A stretch of 64,000 nt of DNA from Candidatus Poribacteria bacterium. Its GTDB lineage: Bacteria; Poribacteria; WGA-4E; PCPOR2b. Positions within the stretch are counted from its first letter, which is position 1; each line of letters starts with the position of its first letter. The translations under genes were made by a program, and so were the position numbers. Shown piece by piece: positions 10,012 to 20,688 of the stretch. Under the pieces are notes generated by a model, which was given only the letters and a program-made list of their open reading frames with translations, ran no database searches and had not been told where the DNA came from. The stretch is taken from contig OZ244042.1 of the NCBI GenBank assembly GCA_965215015.1, forward strand, positions 2,137,557-2,201,556, in the 5' to 3' direction.

Positions 10012-11160
10012 TCATGCGCGCTTATCTCTCCAATGCGTCAACTGTTCTTCATCCAACTCGACACCCAACCCAGGACCTTCGGGGACGCGAGCGACTTGGG
10101 GGCCGAGAGCAAGGGGCTCCCGCAGCAGATCTGCTTCATGATAAAGCGGCCCAATAATGTCTGCCGGGTAGGTTTCGCTGTCAATGGTGGGCATCGCAGC
10201 TGCGACATGCAGCATCGCAGCACTCCCAATCCCCAATTCCAGATTACTCCCGATACTACCAACTGCGCCGGCGGCTTTTGCAACATGCACAATTTCGAGG
10301 GTAGCACTCAGTCCACCGTGTTTGCCGGGGTACACGCTGAAGACATCAGCGGCACGCGCATTAGCCAGCAGCCACGCATCTGCAAGTGTGAAAAGGCTTT
10401 CATCCGCCATGATTGGGATATACGTCGCTTCCCTGAGTTGCGCGAGCGAGTCCGGGTTATCGGGAGAGATGGGTTGTTCCGCGAAAAGCATATCGTAAGG
10501 CTCAAGCTTGGGGAGCATACGACGGGCAGTATCCAAGCTCCAACCACAATTGACATCAATGCCAATGGGAACTGCTTGCCCAGCAATCTCTCGCACAGCT
10601 TTAACGCGCTGCAAATCTGTCACCGGATCGAGACCGACCTTAACTTTCAGGCAGCGTACCCCCCAATTGAGGAATCGCTCCGCCAGACTGACCGCTTGAG
10701 GAACATCGAACGCACCGACAACCATCTTAATTGGGATTTCGTCGCGGACCCGCCCGCCGAGCAGCTGATAAACGGGAACCCCCACCGCTTTTCCAGCTAA
10801 ATCCCACAACGCCATTTCTACTGCCGCCTTTGTGAACGGGTTGAGCTTGATCTCTCTATCCATGACAGCTCGCAGCAAATTAATCTGGGTGGGGTCAGCA
10901 CCGACCAACGCAGGGGCAATCAGTTCCTCAATGGCAGCGACGCAGCCGCGACTGGTTTCACCGCTCCAGCGAGGTGCTACTGTTGCTTCGCCCAGACCGA
11001 CTAAGTCCGTATCGGTATGGATGCGAACGATGACATAAGGTGAGTCGATATGTTCGCCATGGGCGGTCTTCGTTGTCAACCCTGCCTTCAGGGGAACTCG
11101 GACAGGGATCGGTTCAATCTGTGTAATGTGCATGGCAAGCCTCTGTTTGCTTAGGGGCAC
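10012..11160 (-). CDS. Enolase-superfamily enzyme (MR/MLE family)
   Basis: AVEMALWDLAGKAVGVPVYQLLGG and the barrel metal-ligand regions (IDVNCGW, FAEQP) are present. Confidence 0.8.
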   Translation of the reverse strand: MPLSKQRLAMHITQIEPIPVRVPLKAGLTTKTAHGEHIDSPYVIVRIHTDTDLVGLGEATVAPRWSGETSRGCVAAIEELIAPALVGADPTQINLLRAVMDREIKLNPFTKAAVEMALWDLAGKAVGVPVYQLLGGRVRDEIPIKMVVGAFDVPQAVSLAERFLNWGVRCLKVKVGLDPVTDLQRVKAVREIAGQAVPIGIDVNCGWSLDTARRMLPKLEPYDMLFAEQPISPDNPDSLAQLREATYIPIMADESLFTLADAWLLANARAADVFSVYPGKHGGLSATLEIVHVAKAAGAVGSIGSNLELGIGSAAMLHVAAAMPTIDSETYPADIIGPLYHEADLLREPLALGPQVARVPEGPGLGVELDEEQLTHWRDKRA

Positions 11161-11320
11161 AGTCGTAACCTAAGTTGCTGCCTATTGTAATCAGTCAGGA
11201 TTCTTATCTCGATCCGATAGTTGGTAGGTTAGACTTCCGAGCCCGACCTCGTCCCAATCCGCGTAGGTCGGGCAAAATGCCGGACCTATGGGAATAATGG
11301 CAACTTATGTCCAGTCGAAA

Positions 11321-12214
11321 TTAATCGAATTGGATGAACTGTTTCCAATTTTCATAGATAATGTTGTGAATTGCTTCCTTGGGAAACTGGGGGAAGTTGC
11401 TTCCCTCGACGATAGCATTTACCTTGTGCTGACCGGCTATCACCTGCTCCGGGGTAGCCGAGGGAAAATCGGAACCGAAAATCAACTTATGCTCCACCCC
11501 GTACTCAAGGGCTGTAATAAACGCTTGATAGTGCCGCCACGGACGATAGTGGAGGGCGGAGATGTCGACATACAGATTGGGATGTTTGCGAATCAGTACT
11601 ACGCAATCGGTCTCCCACGGATGCCCCATGTGTGCAATGATCATGCGAAGATTCGGACAAGCAACTGCGATATCCTCCAACATAATCGGGTTGGAGTATT
11701 TCAACGGTCCAGGGCGAACAAACGAGGTGCCCTGATGCCAGATCACCGGGATGTCTAATGCTTCGGCCTTTTTGAAAAGTGGGAGATGTTTCGTATCCTG
11801 CGGGTCGAAATTCTGGTAAATAGGTGCAACTTTGAGGCCGCGAAGTCCAAGTTCCTCAACGTTGTAAACAAGTTGATCCACACAGTCTTCATCGTTTGGA
11901 TCGACCGAACACCAGCCGATAAAGCGGTCTAAATGCTGGTTGACAAAGTCCGCAATCAGCTCCTGCGGGATATTGATGCCGCAGAAGGGAGCTTTCAGCC
12001 CAAACACAATAACCTTATCACAGTTCCTGGTTGCTTCAAGTAAGGTTTCAGGCGTAGAATCGAAGGCGTTCTTTTCCTCTTCCTCCTCATCAGCGAAGTA
12101 AACGTCCGGCGTAATCCGCATCTTTGCTTTCTTAGCAGCAAGCGCAAACTCGACAAATTCCTCGGAATAGTGATCGGGATACCAACCGAGATTCGTGTGA
12201 ATGTCAACAAGCAT
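11321..12214 (-). CDS. Amidohydrolase-2 family metal-dependent hydrolase
   Basis: The N-terminal MLVDIHTNLGWYP (H-x-H-like) region and a TIM-barrel hydrolase-like pattern (IIAHMGHPWETD) are present. Confidence 0.65.
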   Translation of the reverse strand: MLVDIHTNLGWYPDHYSEEFVEFALAAKKAKMRITPDVYFADEEEEEKNAFDSTPETLLEATRNCDKVIVFGLKAPFCGINIPQELIADFVNQHLDRFIGWCSVDPNDEDCVDQLVYNVEELGLRGLKVAPIYQNFDPQDTKHLPLFKKAEALDIPVIWHQGTSFVRPGPLKYSNPIMLEDIAVACPNLRMIIAHMGHPWETDCVVLIRKHPNLYVDISALHYRPWRHYQAFITALEYGVEHKLIFGSDFPSATPEQVIAGQHKVNAIVEGSNFPQFPKEAIHNIIYENWKQFIQFD

Positions 12215-12595
12215 TAAAAACTCCTTTGAAAAATCTTGTACTGTTTGTCCCGGATTCTTTTCGGCCTATCCTACATAAAACGACAATCAGCTGAATTGGA
12301 CGGGTATGCTACCACACCTCCATACGGAAGTCAATTCTTAAAATCGGGGTTCGCAGGGTAATTGCATGTAAATAGTTGGTGTATATGACTTTGGCATACG
12401 ATAATCGAAATGGACTCGTAGGCACAGATTTCCTAACCTGTAATCCCCACTCCGTAATTGCTATAACAGATATCGGGGGTCACTCTTCCCAGCGCGTTGA
12501 CAGGACGGACATTAACCGATTCAATGGAGGCGTACCTCTCGGACTAGCGGACATATTTGAGGGGAACCCACAATTCTGAATTATGTCTGGTTAAA

Positions 12596-14082
12596 TCACA
12601 AGCGCGCCACCCAGCGGCGTAATTGCAACTCCAGATCGTTCGCAACATCTGCATAATCTGCTAATATATTGTGCTGGTCATACGGATCTGACGCTCGACC
12701 GTACAGTTCGATGAGCGCATTGTCCTCCAGCATGACATGTAACCGCCACGCCGTGTCCTGAATAGACCATGAACGATCATGATGACCTGTGTAGGCATAG
12801 TCGCGCACACGGTCTGTCTCACCACGAATCAATGGCACTAGGCTATGGCCGTGCAAGGGAACCGTCTCCGACCCCAGTTGTATGTCCTGTGGGAAGAGCT
12901 CCCTGGTCGGACGCGGGCCTGTGCGAGCCAAAGTCAGGTTTTTACCAATGCCAAGAAAGTCTAAGAGGGTGGGAAACAGATCGGTCGGCTGAACAAGGGC
13001 GTCAATCACACCTTGATGCGAATTGGGAGACCCGAGGGCGTCCGGCAAACGAAACACCATCGGAATCCTCACCAACTCTTCATAGTTCCATGGTCTCGCC
13101 TTACGGATAATCCCATGCTCCCCAAACGGTTCCCCGTGATCGCTTAACCAGACGACCAGCGTATTTTCGAGCAATCCCAAATCTCGCACATAATCCACCA
13201 ACATCCCTGCCCACTTGTCAGTAAACGTGACCTCCCCCGCGTAGAGCGAGCGGACGCGGACGATTTCATCAGGAGTGAGGTAGTCGTGTTCGCTCTTGGC
13301 CTTCGGTTCCGGGGTCAAGGGGCTGCCGATATTCGTACAGGGCCCTGCCACCGGATCGATGATGTCTTGTCCAGAGTAGTCGGCGGCTTTGTACATAGAC
13401 CAGAACGGTTCCGGCGGATCCCACGGTTCATGTGGATCGAAGTAATCCACCCAGAGGAAGAGCTTATCTTTTTTGCCTTGCTGGTTCACCACGGCATCGA
13501 GCCAACGAATCGCTTCATGGGTCACACGCGGGGCAAAAAAATCCTCCTCGATCTGGCATGTGGAACGGTTTTTCATGTATTGCTCAAATCGAGGTGCCCA
13601 CAGTGCATCGGTATCATCTCCGCGTAAACGGTGCCAGATGTTTGTGTCAATGGGGCGGTCGTCGACAATCCACGGATCGTATTCCTGTCCACGCACAAAA
13701 ACCGTCGTATCAAAACCGCGTCCTATATTGTACACCGGTTTATGCCCATGGTACACATCAGTGACCAAGGCACTGGTGTATCCGTGGCTCCAAAGGACTT
13801 CGGCAAGTAAATAATCCGATTCCTGAAAAGGCTGCCAAGGGCGGAACGGAAAGCCGACGCGTCCCGTCCACCATGTGGTGCGAGTCGGTATCGTGGGCAA
13901 GCTCTCGGCGTAGCAGTGCGAAAAGAGAATGCCTTCCGCCGCGAGGCGTCGAGATGAGGGGTGGCCGTCTTCTTTATACCCTCGGCAGTACCATATTCGA
14001 CAGCGCGGATACCTCCCACGCCATCATAGCAACTACAATGGTCTGCCCGTAGTGAATCATTGACAATGCAAATGATGTTCAT
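12596..14082 (-). pseudogene. Sulfatase-like (alkaline phosphatase superfamily) gene with a 1-nt frameshift, and Thr at the formylglycine position
   Basis: The N-terminal fragment (13723-14082: MNIICIVNDSLRADHCSCYDG...TPHLD) and the main ORF (12596-13900) lie in different frames and join at about 13948, where ...TPHLD|RLAAEGILFSHCYAESLPTIPTRTTWWTGR... The canonical C-x-P-x-R-xxxx-TG motif reads T-I-P-T-R-TTWW-TG. Confidence 0.6.
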
Positions 14083-14485
14083 TTTTACCTCCTATATAAT
14101 TTTCCATCCTACCATATAACCCAAGTTGCTAGTAGTAGGCATACTCTGGCCCGATGGGATCGGGATTCAAAGCAATATACCGTAACCGATGTGCAAATAT
14201 GGAAACTTGACCTACGATCTAACTAGGTTCTGTTGACATGTCATCGCAACCGGATAATCGAGGACTGTGCAAAGACACACGGTCCTTTCGTAGGGGTTGG
14301 GGCTCCTAACCCGCTTTGGTCAATGGGCGAGGCGACCTCGCCCCTACGAGGACGGACAGTTTCACATAAATGTCAATACGCCCTAGCAATTTGGATTATT
14401 TTGTAGAAAGCAAGTTGTGGCACAGATTTCCTAATCTGCGGTTATGTCCCGATGCAAAATCGGAGGCGGCTGTGTGTCAATGTTA

Positions 14486-14680
14486 GGACTTACGTAGTCG
14501 AGTTTGTAGCAGTGTAATTCAACCCACGTCTTTAAGACAGTAGACACGCTCCGCGTGCCTGCTACTGTTCAGATGAACTGGAGTTGCCCGATTCATCGGG
14601 CGTCGTGACTCATATAGATACCAACACTGTCGCACAGCAGTGTCAGGTGTTGGCTTTGAACGTTCAACTGCGTAGGGCCT
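14486..14680. repeat. MITE-like repeat copy (ggacttacg...cgtagggcc) with an internal cccgattcatcgggcg hairpin
   Basis: It shares its termini and internal palindrome with the copies at 1878-2055 and elsewhere. Confidence 0.5.
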
Positions 14681-14809
14681 AACAATAAGGTAACCTTTGA
14701 AGCAATCGTAGAGCCTGCCCTCGATGAAATCGGGGTTAGCAAACCTACGCCACGATCGGATTGCGATTAGTTGTCGAGTGTGGAAACTCGACACTACAAG
14801 AGCAGTCCG

Positions 14810-15982
14810 TTATAGGTAGGGCGGCCACTGCCAGCCCCTTTTTGTAGCAAACCAGAGTTCTTCTGGGGCCGGTTTCGGCCCTGCCTGTAGCCTCCTGAGA
14901 ACATCTTCGTCGTATTGGATCCCGAAGCCAGGTTTCTTCGGAGGCGATATCTCGCCGTTTTTCGGAAGAATCGGGTCTATAACAGCCGAACCCTTGGGAG
15001 GCGGTGCGCTCCTGAAGCATTCAACGAACAGCCCGTTTGGCACAGCGGCCACCAACGATGCTGCGATCTCGGTGGTCGCATGGGGACACATAGGCAGACC
15101 GTATGAATCGGCAATGGCGGCGATCTTCACCCACTCGGTTACACCACCGCACCGGACGATGTCTGCTTGGACGAACTGCACGCCACCCCGTTCCATCAAC
15201 TCCCTGAACTCCCACTTCGTTGCGTGAGTTTCACCCAGGGCTATCGGGATGCTTATCTCTGCGGCAAGTTTGATGTGATTCTCTAACTCATCGGGAGGCA
15301 GCGGCTCCTCGAGCCAGTAAATGTTATACTTCTCCAGCTTCTCCGCCATTCGTATGGCTGTATTGAGACTCCAGCCAGAGTTGACGTCCAGTGTCAGGTC
15401 TACATGTGGGCCAATGGTCTCCCTCACCAATTTGACCCGCTCCACGTCTTCGTTCGGATTTCTCCTCCCGACCTTCATCTTCACCATCTTGAACCCAGCT
15501 TCGACGAACCCGGAATAGATGGCCACGAGTTCTTCCTCGCTGGCGAGGAGGCTGACGCTGCTTCCATAGGCTGCCACCGTGTCCCTGTGGGCACCAAGCA
15601 GTTTGTGAACCGGTTGGTTGAGAATCTTCCCTTTCAGGTCCCACAAGGCGATGTCTATCGCGCCAATTACCGATAGAACAACGCCCCTTCTGCCCCACCG
15701 TACACTACCCCAGTATAGCTTATCCCAGATCCGCTCGGTATCGAGGGGATCCTCACCGACAACTAGCGGTTTGAACATATGCTCAATGAGCAGCTTGTTC
15801 AATGAGACACCTTCGGGTCCAACCTGCGGTTCGCCAATCGAGGCAAATCCTGTCATGCCTTCGTCAGTGGATATTTGCACGAGCGAATTCGCGCGAATCT
15901 CGGGATTCACCACCGTGGCGTCAGTACTCTGCTTGACGTTGGCATACACGGGGTCGGATAGTTTTACATCTGTGACTTTCAC
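14810..15982 (-). CDS. Enolase-superfamily enzyme (MR/MLE family)
   Basis: AIDIALWDLKGKILNQPVHKLLGA and the barrel motifs (KMKVG, DVNSGW, LEEP) are present. Confidence 0.8.
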   Translation of the reverse strand: MKVTDVKLSDPVYANVKQSTDATVVNPEIRANSLVQISTDEGMTGFASIGEPQVGPEGVSLNKLLIEHMFKPLVVGEDPLDTERIWDKLYWGSVRWGRRGVVLSVIGAIDIALWDLKGKILNQPVHKLLGAHRDTVAAYGSSVSLLASEEELVAIYSGFVEAGFKMVKMKVGRRNPNEDVERVKLVRETIGPHVDLTLDVNSGWSLNTAIRMAEKLEKYNIYWLEEPLPPDELENHIKLAAEISIPIALGETHATKWEFRELMERGGVQFVQADIVRCGGVTEWVKIAAIADSYGLPMCPHATTEIAASLVAAVPNGLFVECFRSAPPPKGSAVIDPILPKNGEISPPKKPGFGIQYDEDVLRRLQAGPKPAPEELWFATKRGWQWPPYL

Positions 15983-16156
15983 CTAAACTCTCTCCCTTCT
16001 ATTTTCATTGGCTGGCGTCATGTAATCCCGGACGCTAACTCAGCCATTTCTAGTTGTGGGCTTCTTCTGTGTATCTCTTCGACCACATAATTACTCGGTA
16101 GTGCCGGAGTAAATCAAACACTTGGCTTGAACAAGATGGTAAGGTAATGACCGGAG

Positions 16157-17365
16157 CTATGCGCTTATCTGCGTCTCGTTCACCGCATACACCCTCTGGA
16201 ATATGTCTTCGTCAACTTCCAACCCAAGACCCAGCGCGTTGGCAACAGCGTACGAACCGTTCTCAAATGTAAAGTCGTCGGATTTGTATACGTTTGGTGC
16301 GCAGCGTTCATCTTCGATGGTAATGAACGATTCGGAAGCCGCTCCCCAGATCAGCGAGGCGCGAGTACCGAATACGCCGTTGTGGAAGCAGTGCGGCTGC
16401 GAGCTGACACCATAGCTGTCTAACTGTTCCTCGATTTCGTTCCAACGTGAAAAACCATGCCTGACGATGTCCGGTTGGTAACCATCCATCAAACCGTCTT
16501 CCATCATGTCCACGTACACATCGCTGATTGGATCGGGGTCGACTTCACCGCACACCAACAACGCCTCCGAACCAACCTTCTCTTGGATGTTTCTGATCGC
16601 CCGATAGTCGTCGACGTTTGGAGGGACCATCTCCTCAAGCCAGAACACGTCCGCAGGCTTTGTTTCTCGAATGAACATCTCCAGCAGGTCTAGGCGGTTC
16701 CTGTACCCGAAGTTACCGTCCGTCAATATCTTCGCGTCCGGCCCAATGGCTTCCCGCACGGCATAGATAACCTCGATATCGCGCCGAGCTCCCGCCTCTG
16801 GGTTCATCCAGCGACCGCACCGGCCGGTCTTGATTTTGAACTGCCTTCACCCAGCGTCAAACCCCTCTCTGGCTTGCTCAGCGACCAGTACTGCACCTTT
16901 TTCGGGGAAGTTCAGGTCGCTGAAGTAAAGGGTCGTGTCATAGGCATCTACGCGGTCACGCTTCTTGCCTCCAAGCAGCTCTAGGCAAGAGACACCCAGG
17001 GCCCTGCCAACCAAATCGTAGACGAGGATACTCATCCAGCCTTGGCCCCGGAACGCCCGTTTCGCCTCCTTTGTTGGGCCCGTGACACGTCCATTAGATA
17101 CATGCAGGAACTCATCTAATCGCCTACCAAGAAGGACCTCTTTGAGCAGATTCATCACATCTGCCACAGACCCCTGTCCCCCGATTGCTCCGAGGTGCCC
17201 CTTGTTGATTGCTAGGCCCTCAACTCCACCATCCGTGCGAGCACGGACAAGCCACTCGATTCCTATTGACCCGTGGCCCCAGTTGTAAGCATTCCTAGCA
17301 ATTTCATGGGGGTAACGGGCAGGAATCGGGGTAACACTGATTTCGGTAATACGTTGCGATGTCAT
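16157..17365 (-). pseudogene. Enolase-superfamily (MR/MLE) gene interrupted by a single in-frame TGA
   Basis: The capping-domain ORF (16847-17365, ...LVYDLVGRALGVSCLELLGG...) and the barrel ORF (16157-16807) are in the same frame. They are separated only by a TGA at about 16846-16849, giving ...REGFDAG*RQFKIKTGRCGRWMNPEAG..., where KIKTGR is the expected KxK barrel motif. Confidence 0.6.
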
Positions 17366-17691
17366 CTCTAATATACCTTACCTTTCATGACAAACCGACT
17401 GCTAAATAAGTGAGGAGGTGCTCGTAAAGTAGTAGGCCCGTTCCGTGTGTCGTAAACCCCACAACCGTTATGGCACATGGCTTGGCTAACACACAACTGC
17501 CATTAAAATTCTAACCATAACTTGAAGAACAAAGCACTGCCAACCCCGGGGGCATCTTGCCTCATCTACCGCCTGAGCTCCCTATCTGTATCCGTGCAAT
17601 CTGCTGCATCAGTTTAATCCGTGTCTCAGACAATAATTATGAGCATCCCTCATCTATATTTGACTCAGTTCTTTGTGTTCAGTATAATATA

Positions 17692-18210
17692 GGGCTTACG
17701 CAGTTGAACGTTCAAAGGAAACACCAGAAAAGGGCGCGCAATGTTTATGGTCGGTTGAGCCATAATTATAGCGCAAGAGTCATGGTATCCCCGGTGACTC
17801 ATCAAATACCAAGTGTATCACTCGACAGGGTTTGGTGAATTGAGCCGGGGGCTGTTGCACGACAGTGTTGGTATCTATACGACTCACGCCGCCCGATGAA
17901 TCGGCAACTTCAGTTTATTATCCGCCAGTAGTAGGCCCGCGGCGCGTGCTATCCCCCCCGTTTCTTGCCCCTCTGCTGGTGTGGGACCTAAGGGAGTAGC
18001 CCCGCCTCTCCCCACACTTCTTTTCCCCTCCGCTTGCGGGTGGGTTAGGGGGGGAGCCCTACCCCTGCTGGCGTGGGGACTAAGGGGGTGATACCCCAGC
18101 CGGTATTTAGCAGGAGGAAGGGGGGACAGCATACGCCGTATGCCGACTCCCTTAAAGACGCAAGTTGAATGGCGTTACGACAAAACTCAAGGGCGTAACT
18201 CCTAATAATA
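17692..18210. repeat. Composite dispersed element of about 520 bp (gggcttacgcagttgaacg...caagggcgtaactcctaa)
   Basis: It is homologous along most of its length to 18472-19045 and shares the cccgatgaatcgg core and the terminal motifs of the short MITE-like family. Confidence 0.5.
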
Positions 18211-18471
18211 ATTCAAGTTGCTACCTATAGCAAGAACAAATCAACCATTGCAAATTAGTATATCAGGAGATACTCTATATGTTTAAGTATCATTTCATCT
18301 CCTATTTGATGGGAATTTGCAAACAACGACAGCACTTCATTATACTCAACACTCATCAGTTTGTTGATATTTATCTTCGGTTATCAAAATGTCTCTGCCC
18401 AACAGTGGATCGCCCTATGCTATTTTTCAACAGAGCTGCCTCATCTGCCCAAATCCCGACAAGAAACTAGT

Positions 18472-19045
18472 TAGGATTACGCAGTTGAACGTTTAAACGA
18501 AACACCAAACACTACTGCGCTACTGTCCGGGTGGGTCGAGCCAGGATTATGGCGCAATGGTCCTGGTATCTTTCGGTGACTCATCAAATACTAGGTGTGT
18601 CACTCGACAGTGTTTGGTAAATTGAAAACACCAAGTATGTTGCGCGATAGAATATCAGACACTGTTATGCCCCATGATTGGCTCCATCCGCCCGGGAGAT
18701 TGTGCAACGGTGGCGGTTGTCCACTGTTGCATGACAGTGTTGGTATCTATACAACTTACGCCGCACAATGAATCGGACAACTCTAGTTCATCCGACAGTC
18801 GTATGCACGCTCCACGTCCCCTCCCCCTGCTAAATACCCGGTGGGTCGTCCCTCAGTTCCTAGCTCATTGAGCCTAGAGCGGTCTGATACCGTGTGAGTA
18901 TTCGGGACTGAGGGGGGTATCCTGAATACCCACACGGTTTCCCCTCTGCTTGCGGGGCGAAGGGACACCGTATGCCGACTCCCTTAAAGACGCGGGTTGA
19001 ATTGGGCGACTACAAACTCAAGTGCGTAACTCCTAACTTATAGCC
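18472..19045. repeat. Second copy of the composite element, about 570 bp
   Basis: It starts aggattacgcagttgaacg and ends caagtgcgtaactcctaac. It aligns with 17692-18210 by eye, for example ...gtgttggtatctataca/gac... and ...cgtatgccgactcccttaaagacgc... Confidence 0.5.
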
Positions 19046-19082
19046 TATCTATACCTACTTCACAGAAGGAGGACAAGCCAGA

Positions 19083-20534
19083 ATGTACAAAAAACAATAC
19101 CCAGGGCCCAATGCGGAGGTCGAGGAAGCCTTAGCGAGGGTTTGCACGGGGCCACATCAAACACGGCCCTTGGGGGCAAAGACGGGGGATCCAATCAGAC
19201 CATCGGCAATTCTTGAGACCATTCTGAGATCAGTCAAAGGAGAGTTGCCCGCAGATCAAGCGGTCTCAGAGGTTCAGATGGGCGCATTTTTCGCCGGGAT
19301 GACAATTCGGAAGGGTTTCCCCAAAAAAACGCGATGGAGCACAGCCGAGATCGAGGCTTTTGACAAATACCGCCCGGATTTGGAACGGTTGATGCCTCCA
19401 GAGCTTAGGTTTATCATGCAACCGGAGTTGGGACATACCGATACAAATCTCGATGAAACTGTCGTCGTAAAAGCCCTTGAAAAGATCTTGAGAGGCAATC
19501 ATTTGACCTACGATGAAACGCGCCAGATGGGAAAAGCTATCCTGAATGGAGATGTGAAGGGAGCACTGAAGGGAGCAGCACTCATCGGCCAGCGTATGAA
19601 CCTTGAGAGTTACGATGAGGTGCGCGGATATCTAGATGCAACTTTCAGTCGAGATCAGGTGCGCGAGGTTTCCATCGAGTCGCTGACGCATTTCGGCCAA
19701 CCCTTCGATGGTGCGACGCGGTACTTTAGACCGACGCTGTTTATCGCAGCCGTGAGAGCTGCGCTAGGCGAGCCATCGGTGCTGCACGGTGTGGATGAGA
19801 TGCCTCCGAAAAGCGGAATCACAGAAGAGCAGCAGCTGCAGGTGCTCGGTGCTCGCACAAATCTCTCCCTTGACGAAGCGGCAAATCTAATCGAAGATCC
19901 AGAGGTTGGGTTTGCTTACGTGAGTCAGCGGGAATATGCGCCCGGTGCCTACAACATCCGGGAATTACGGGTTCATATCAAAAAGCGTCCCCCTTGGGCA
20001 GCGACGGAGAAAGCGCAGCAACTGTTCACTGCTTCCGGTGCAAACTACATGGTGATTGGATACTATCACCCCGGTTATGAAACGCCATTGCTGCAGTTGA
20101 TAGGGGAGCGCGGTTTCCGTGCAGGGCTTGTGGTCAAAGGTGAGGAGGGAACAAGCCACTACGCCTTGCGATTGGGGAATCCTTCGACAGAAAAGCGACA
20201 AGCCATAAATTATTCTCAAGGATTCCGCCGTATCGGTGAGCGACGTGAGGATTTTTCGCTAGACATAGACCCGTCGGAGTTCGGATTCAATTACGAGAAA
20301 AACCCGCGCCTAGAAACGATAAATCCCGAAGCGTTTGCATCGGTAGGAATGGAGGCATTATCCGGTCAGAAAGGGCAGATATATGACAGGTTGGTGCTCA
20401 ATACAGCGATGACCGATTACCTGTTGGGCATCTGCTCGGATCCACACGAGGCCCTCGAACGGACCAAGGAAGCGATTGATAGCGGCCGTGCCCTAGCGCA
20501 TCTGAAAACATACATCGCGAAAAGCCAACTCTGA
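19083..20534 (+). CDS. Divergent anthranilate phosphoribosyltransferase-like (glycosyltransferase family 3-like) protein
   Basis: The N-terminus (ILETILRSVKGELPADQAVSEVQMGAFFAGMTIRKGF) resembles the TrpD/TrpD2 helical domain. The remainder is divergent. A GAAGGAGG box precedes the ATG. Confidence 0.4.
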   Translation: MYKKQYPGPNAEVEEALARVCTGPHQTRPLGAKTGDPIRPSAILETILRSVKGELPADQAVSEVQMGAFFAGMTIRKGFPKKTRWSTAEIEAFDKYRPDLERLMPPELRFIMQPELGHTDTNLDETVVVKALEKILRGNHLTYDETRQMGKAILNGDVKGALKGAALIGQRMNLESYDEVRGYLDATFSRDQVREVSIESLTHFGQPFDGATRYFRPTLFIAAVRAALGEPSVLHGVDEMPPKSGITEEQQLQVLGARTNLSLDEAANLIEDPEVGFAYVSQREYAPGAYNIRELRVHIKKRPPWAATEKAQQLFTASGANYMVIGYYHPGYETPLLQLIGERGFRAGLVVKGEEGTSHYALRLGNPSTEKRQAINYSQGFRRIGERREDFSLDIDPSEFGFNYEKNPRLETINPEAFASVGMEALSGQKGQIYDRLVLNTAMTDYLLGICSDPHEALERTKEAIDSGRALAHLKTYIAKSQL

Positions 20535-20688
20535 GACCGATACCGACGCAAATTCGTTTGATACTAAATCCGATTGTTTTGTCGTAGCGGTCTCAGTAAT
20601 TTTATAAAATTTCATTTTCGATAAGAATTGGAGGTACGCTAAACACCGGCTGAAACTTGGGTTATTTAGCGAGTGCATATCCGTTTGT

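Noticed and set aside
16846-16849. Selenocysteine or a genetic-code reassignment to explain the in-frame TGA in the MR/MLE gene
   Set aside because: TGA terminates rpoC and other genes here. The position, between the domain linker and the KxK motif, is not a known Sec site in this family. A nonsense mutation or a sequencing error is more parsimonious.
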